Source: Acidobacteriota bacterium
GTDB lineage: Bacteria > Acidobacteriota > UBA6911 > RPQK01 > JAJDTT01
Direction: 5' to 3'
DNA length: 64,000 bases
Assembly (NCBI GenBank): GCA_965263035.1
Contig: OZ253580.1
Location: forward strand, 1,472,001 to 1,536,000
The position numbers and the translations under genes are program-made. Positions 58,802 through 64,000 of the stretch are shown here, in pieces. The number at the start of each line of letters is the position of its first letter. Positions within the stretch are counted from its first letter, which is position 1. The notes beneath the pieces are model-generated. The model searched no databases. It was not told the DNA's origin and was given only the letters and a program-made list of their open reading frames with translations.

Positions 58802-61633
58802 TCAGCGCCGGCGGTAGGGATAGAGGTCGAGGATCCGCTCCACCTCGGGCCTCCAAGATGGGCGAGCCCGCCACTCTTCCTCCAAGGGAAGATGGGCCAT
58901 CCAGATGTCTCCCATCCTCTCCTTCAAAGTGAAAACGAGTTTGTCCCGGGCGACGTTGGTCCTCAGCGAGCTGGGCGAGACCCCTGCCAGCGATAGACGG
59001 GTCTCCCGAAAGTGCCAGACCAACCTGGGGTCTCCCACCTGCCGTCTGTCTACCGGGTCCAGTTGCTGCACCCAGATACCGCGGGCCCCCCCTCGGTTGG
59101 AGACGAAGTACAGGAGATTTCCGTTCGGGGACCAGCCGGTCATCCCGTCCCTGTCCTGTCCGTCCGTGACGGCCATCCACAGCTCGGGGGCGATACCCGG
59201 GCTCTCATGAAACTCTTCCTGGCGGAAGGGCGCCACATAGATTCTGGCCCGAAGTGGACCCTCGGCCACCGTAAACGCGACCCATCTGGCAGCAGGATCG
59301 AGCCTGGCCTGAACCACGCTGTACTGGGGATGCTCCAGCAGCTTGAGCCGTCTCCCGCTGGTCACGTCCAGAAGATCGACTCTTGACCGTCTTTCTCCCC
59401 TTATCCGGCGCACCACCAGGATATCGTCTCCCTGAGAGGACCAGTCCAGGGGACGGCCGCAATCCTGACAGACCCGGGCCCTGGGAGTCTGTCTCCGGGC
59501 CTCCACTCGATAGATGCTCTGGCCCTCCGAATCGGATTCGCCGGCGTTGTAGGCGACCTGACTGCCATCGGTCCGGATCCTGGGGCGCCGATCGTCTCCC
59601 GGACTCTCGGTGAGGTTGATCTCCGCGCCCGACTCCAGGTCCATGAGCCAGATGTCCCGATTCCCGGAGCGGGTGGACTCGAAGGCCATCAGGCCTCCGT
59701 CTCCGGACAGGGACGGATGGGAATCCTCTCCCGCATGTTGCGTGAGCCGCTGCAGACGCGCTCCCTCCGGCACGCGTCCCCGATCGGCGTCGATAGCCAG
59801 ACTCCAGAGATCCAGGTTCTCGACCTGCGAGGAAAAGGCGATCCGGCCCGGCAGGACCGCGAAAGGCTCCAGCTCGGGGCCGACGCCGGACGTGATCTGC
59901 CGGGGTTCACCCGAGAGGGACAGGGTTCGGGGCGAGACGGCAACGCGCCACAAGTTGACGCTGTCCCCACGGTGGGCGGAGAAGACGATGAAGTTGTCGA
60001 TGGGTACCCAGACCCCGGGGATCACCAGGCCGGATATCCCGGCCTGGGGCAACCTGGCCGCCAGACCCAGCCTCCGGATCTCACCGTCCTCCAGCCGAAG
60101 AATCCACCAGTCGAAGTCTTCGTCGCGCCGGGAGGATTCCCAGCCCAGGAATACGATGTGATCTCCCCGGGGAGACCAGATGGGATGACTCGCGACCGCG
60201 AAATTCTCCGCCAGTTGAGTCCGGGCCCGATTTGAACTCCAGCCGGTGGTGAAGAGGGAGCCTCGCTTGAAGTCGGCGCCGACACGTCCCGTCCAGTAGG
60301 CGATACGGCTGCCTTGGGGGGAGACCCTGGGACGGCGTCCCCGCTCGGCGATGAATCTGGCGCTGGCCTCGTCCCCCAGTGTGGTGGTCCAGTAGAGACC
60401 GCCGCCGCGCCGTTCGGATCGAAACACCATCCTGGTCCCGTCGGGATGAAAGGAGGGCTGGCGATCGTCGGCCGGGTCCCGGGTTCGCCGGGAGCCGCCC
60501 CCACCCAGCTGTTGAACCCAGATGTCCAGGTTCCCCTCGCCACTCCGGTCCGAGGCGTACCCCAGCAGCCGTCCCCGCCGGGAGATGGCCGGATCGACGG
60601 TGAGACCCGACACCGACGTCACCCGGGTCAGCATGGGTGGCTGAACCAGTCTTGCAGGATCTCCCGCGGTTCCCCACCACAATCCCCCGAACAGGACCGC
60701 CACCAGTGCCAGAGCAGCTACGGAGAACTGCCAGAGCGACAGTAACAATAACCGGCCCCTCCACCGCCGGGGAGTCTCCGTCTCCTGGAGCACGTCCTCC
60801 AGGGCCAACCGCAGGTCGCGCATGTGTTGGAAACGCCGCGCGGGATCCTTCCGCAGGCACCGGGCCACGACCCACTCCAATTGCTGGGGGACGCCCCGAA
60901 CCTGCCTTCCCAGGGGCTTGGGCTCCTTCTCCAGAATCCCCGCCAGCACCCGCGCCTGGCTCTCTCCCGGAAAGGCCTTGCGGCCGGTGACCATCTCGTA
61001 GAGCAGCGACCCGAAGGAAAAAATGTCCGTCCGCGGATCCAGGGGCAACCCTTCGACCTGTTCGGGACTCATGTACGGAGCCGTCCCCAGGATCACGCCC
61101 TTTCTCGTCTTCTCGTCCATCAGGGTGGGAGAATGAGTCAGGTCCAGAGGCTCGGAACTCTCGTCGATCGCCTTGGCCAGGCCGAAGTCCAGAACCTTGA
61201 CCCCGTCGTCGGGCGTAATCATCACGTTGGCCGGCTTCAGGTCCCGGTGGATCACCCCTTTTTCGTGGGCGGCCTCTACACCTTGAGCAATTTCCACCGC
61301 GTAACGCACGGCTTTCTTCAAGGGCAGAGAACCTTTTTCCAGGAGCTCACCCAGTGTCTTTCCTTCCACCAGCTCCAGAATGAAGAACTTCTGGTCGTTG
61401 GCCTCTTCGAACCCGTAGATGGCCGCGATGTTGGAGTGGTTGAGAGAAGCCAGGACCCGAGCCTCCCGCTGAAAACGGGAGAGGCGTTCGGAGTCTTCGG
61501 CGTAGCCTGGAGGGAGTATCTTGATGGCGACTTGCCGATTCAGGCGCGTATCCCGGGCGCGGTAGACCTCGCCCATCCCCCCGGCTCCGAGGGGTCCGAT
61601 GATCTCGTAGCTGCCGAGCAGATCGTCAGGCAT
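58802..61633 (-). CDS. Hanks-type Ser/Thr kinase with TM helix and TolB/PD40 beta-propellers
   Basis: GAGGMGEV, VAIK, HRDLKPAN, DFG, YMSPEQ; TM helix; repeated P.(F/W)SPDG..(I/L)A(F/Y) units. Confidence 0.93.
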   Translation of the reverse strand: MPDDLLGSYEIIGPLGAGGMGEVYRARDTRLNRQVAIKILPPGYAEDSERLSRFQREARVLASLNHSNIAAIYGFEEANDQKFFILELVEGKTLGELLEKGSLPLKKAVRYAVEIAQGVEAAHEKGVIHRDLKPANVMITPDDGVKVLDFGLAKAIDESSEPLDLTHSPTLMDEKTRKGVILGTAPYMSPEQVEGLPLDPRTDIFSFGSLLYEMVTGRKAFPGESQARVLAGILEKEPKPLGRQVRGVPQQLEWVVARCLRKDPARRFQHMRDLRLALEDVLQETETPRRWRGRLLLLSLWQFSVAALALVAVLFGGLWWGTAGDPARLVQPPMLTRVTSVSGLTVDPAISRRGRLLGYASDRSGEGNLDIWVQQLGGGGSRRTRDPADDRQPSFHPDGTRMVFRSERRGGGLYWTTTLGDEASARFIAERGRRPRVSPQGSRIAYWTGRVGADFKRGSLFTTGWSSNRARTQLAENFAVASHPIWSPRGDHIVFLGWESSRRDEDFDWWILRLEDGEIRRLGLAARLPQAGISGLVIPGVWVPIDNFIVFSAHRGDSVNLWRVAVSPRTLSLSGEPRQITSGVGPELEPFAVLPGRIAFSSQVENLDLWSLAIDADRGRVPEGARLQRLTQHAGEDSHPSLSGDGGLMAFESTRSGNRDIWLMDLESGAEINLTESPGDDRRPRIRTDGSQVAYNAGESDSEGQSIYRVEARRQTPRARVCQDCGRPLDWSSQGDDILVVRRIRGERRSRVDLLDVTSGRRLKLLEHPQYSVVQARLDPAARWVAFTVAEGPLRARIYVAPFRQEEFHESPGIAPELWMAVTDGQDRDGMTGWSPNGNLLYFVSNRGGARGIWVQQLDPVDRRQVGDPRLVWHFRETRLSLAGVSPSSLRTNVARDKLVFTLKERMGDIWMAHLPLEEEWRARPSWRPEVERILDLYPYRRR

Positions 61634-63299
61634 TTCCGGCGTCCAGTCTCTCCACCACCAGAACCGTGAGATCGTCGCAGGCCGAGGCCTTACCCATGAA
61701 GCTCCGGACGGCCGACAGGATGGCCTCTTGGACCACGGCCCCTCCGGAAGCCGCCGACTCCCGGACGACGTCCACCAAACGGGATTCTCCGAACATTTCC
61801 CCGTTCGGATCCATGGCCTCGGTCACCCCATCCGAATATACGACGAGAATGTCGCCTACGTTCAGACGGAAGGGAACGGACTCGTAGGTGACGTCTTCGA
61901 AGGCGCCCAGGATCATGCCGCACGGCAAAAGCTCCTCGATCCCGCCGGTCGCCACCCGACAGACGTACGCGGGGTTGTGGCCGGCGCTCACGTACGCCCC
62001 CTCACCCGAGGGTTTGACCCGGAAGAGGAAGAGGGTGACAAAACGGTTGCTCGGAGTCTTCTGGAAGAGATGGTTGTTGGCTCCGGTGACGGCCTCGCCC
62101 AAGGACAAACTGGAACCGAATCCAACCTCCAGGACCCCCTGGAGAAAAGAGCTCAGCAACGCGGCGGGGACGCCCTTTCCAGACACGTCCGCCAGAACGC
62201 CGGTCAGATCCTGGCTGTCCGGACCGAGAAAGTCGTAGTAGTCGCCCCCCACGTAACGAGTGGGCGTGCTGGAGGCATGGACGCTGAAGGACCGGGAATC
62301 GGGAAGGTTCTGGGGAAGCAGAGCACGTTGAGTCGCCTGGGCCAGGGACATTTCCTGTTGGACCCGCTTCCGTTCCTCCAGACTCTCGATCAGTTTCAGC
62401 TTCTCGAAGACGTTGGAGGCCTCCAGGGCCAGCCGGGTCAGGATCTTCTGATCCAGGCCGCTGAGCATGTGCATGGCCTTCCGGCTGTCCAGGTAGAGGA
62501 TGCCTCGGACAGCCGGCCGGTCGCCGTCATCGGAGATCCACTTCAGGGGCAGGCAGGCCACGGCTCGAAGCCGCATGTTGACGATGCTCTCCTGGGCGGC
62601 GAACTCCTGGTCGATGCCCTCGGTCATGAAGAGCGAATCCCCTCGTTTGGCCACCTGCTCGACCACGGTACGGCTGGTGTTGAACTCGCTCTCGGAGAGG
62701 TGTTCGCCCCGGTGGTCCATACCCACCACGTAGTCGAAATTCTGTCCCGAGAAGGTCAGCAGAAATCCCCGCTCCGCACCGCTCACCCGCAACGCCGACT
62801 CCAGTAGCTGACCCAACATCCGGTCTGCCGAAAAGGTCTGGCCCCATTGATATTGGAAATCCAGGATATGGGAGATCTTCTCCAACTCCGAGGCGGCCGA
62901 CGCAACGGGGGGGAGCACCGCCGAAAGCTGCAGGACGGACTCCTCCAGGTTCAGGGTCCTGTGCCCGTCCTGCTCCACCGGGCCCGTATAGCTGAGCTCG
63001 CCCGGACCGGGTCCCATCCGGATTTTGTCACCGGCCTCCAGGACCCGTTCAAGGACGCGGTTCCCATTGACGAAGGTCCCGTGTGTGCTGTTCAGATCGA
63101 TGACCTTGTAGCCCCGATCCTGCCGCACCAACCGGGCATGCCGCCGCGAGACGTAGGGATCGGTCAGGACGATGTCCGAATCGGATCTGCGCCCGATGAA
63201 CAGTTCCTGCTTCCGAAGCGCCACCCGGCAGGGCCGGCCACCCTGATGCCATTCCAGACAGTGAGCGCCCATTGCTTCACTCACGACCACCCGCGGCAA
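61626..63299 (-). CDS. FHA-GAF-PP2C (SpoIIE-type) phosphatase
   Basis: FHA IGR..VSRRHA..NSTHGTFVNG; GAF segment; GGDYYD, ADVSGKG, SAGH, YSDGVTEA, DDLT. Start may be 63272. Confidence 0.9.
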   Translation of the reverse strand: MPRVVVSEAMGAHCLEWHQGGRPCRVALRKQELFIGRRSDSDIVLTDPYVSRRHARLVRQDRGYKVIDLNSTHGTFVNGNRVLERVLEAGDKIRMGPGPGELSYTGPVEQDGHRTLNLEESVLQLSAVLPPVASAASELEKISHILDFQYQWGQTFSADRMLGQLLESALRVSGAERGFLLTFSGQNFDYVVGMDHRGEHLSESEFNTSRTVVEQVAKRGDSLFMTEGIDQEFAAQESIVNMRLRAVACLPLKWISDDGDRPAVRGILYLDSRKAMHMLSGLDQKILTRLALEASNVFEKLKLIESLEERKRVQQEMSLAQATQRALLPQNLPDSRSFSVHASSTPTRYVGGDYYDFLGPDSQDLTGVLADVSGKGVPAALLSSFLQGVLEVGFGSSLSLGEAVTGANNHLFQKTPSNRFVTLFLFRVKPSGEGAYVSAGHNPAYVCRVATGGIEELLPCGMILGAFEDVTYESVPFRLNVGDILVVYSDGVTEAMDPNGEMFGESRLVDVVRESAASGGAVVQEAILSAVRSFMGKASACDDLTVLVVERLDAGNA

Positions 63300-63713
63300 G
63301 AATTCTCTTGGAATTCAGCCGGTTCCGCATCCATGCGGCCAGCGTTGTCCAGCGGACTCATACGCCGTCGGATGCCCCATGTTTCTCCCGGTCCGGAGGC
63401 GGCAGCCCCGGGCTCGATGCTCCGCGGCCTTTTCAGCACCGAACAATACGGCAGAACGCCTGCATTATAGTCTCGCATCTGCCCCGATAGCCTACACCGT
63501 TGAAGCGAATCCCGAGAATCGTTCCCCGGGGAGGCCTCGGAGCCGATTTGGAGTTGACTTTCCCAGATTTTTCCCGAATATGAGTGGGAGTGCGCGGGCT
63601 TCTGCACCGTGACTCTTCGACAGTGTAGAATGACCTCTCCGGATTGAACCCGCAGATTGCAGGTGGTCGAACGGGATGACTGTACCCCACAGACGAGAGG
63701 AGAAAACAAGACT

Positions 63714-64000
63714 GTGAAGGCACTAGGTTACGCATGCCCCGAAACGCTGGAGGAGGCGGTAGCGCTCCTGGCCGAATACGACGGCCGTGCTTGTCCTCTG
63801 GCCGGGGGAACCGACATCATCGTCCAAGTGAGGGAAGGTCATCGCGACCTGGACCTGATGGTGGACGTCAAGCGGATTCCCCAGTTGAGACAGCTGACTC
63901 ACGATGCAGAGCAGGGACTGGTCCTGGGGGCCGCGGTTCCCTGCTGTGAATTCTACGAAAACGCCGAGATCGCGTCCCTCTACCCGGGCCTGGTGGACGC
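63714..64000 (+). CDS. FAD-binding subunit of a xanthine/CO dehydrogenase-family enzyme, runs off window end
   Basis: Manual translation from GTG 63714: P.TLEEAVALL..LAGGTDIIV..MVDVKRIP.L..LVLGAAV; AGGAG RBS. Confidence 0.88.
   Translation, partial: MKALGYACPETLEEAVALLAEYDGRACPLAGGTDIIVQVREGHRDLDLMVDVKRIPQLRQLTHDAEQGLVLGAAVPCCEFYENAEIASLYPGLVD

Overview
GC-rich bacterial chromosomal window, most likely Acidobacteriota-like (inferred from gene content, not proven). It is mostly housekeeping: ffh-rpsP-khpA-rimM-trmD, selB, pyrR-pyrB-pyrC-dsbD, pyrK-pyrD, recG-rsmD-coaD, ubiX-ribA, aguBA and ilvB, mixed with secreted hydrolases, transporters, a VapBC/FitAB toxin-antitoxin pair and an FHA-GAF-PP2C plus Ser/Thr kinase signalling pair. 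The main accessory feature is a ~5.9 kb island (22319-28191) between two diverged 1,240-bp direct repeats made of chromosomal gene ends. It carries an N-terminally truncated proteasome-beta-like gene, a complete IS1380 (14-bp TIRs, 5-bp TSD), a frameshifted DNA methyltransferase and an ISAs1-like remnant. It also carries one apparently intact unit with promoter, long leader and terminator, encoding a membrane-anchored ankyrin protein coupled to a secreted 51-aa peptide with symmetric 6-Cys spacing. Other notable points are two families of ~160-bp MITE-like repeats, GTAG-type REP hairpins, and two genes (ftsB, an ECF sigma factor) lying antisense inside otherwise co-directional gene runs. No rRNA, tRNA or CRISPR array was seen.
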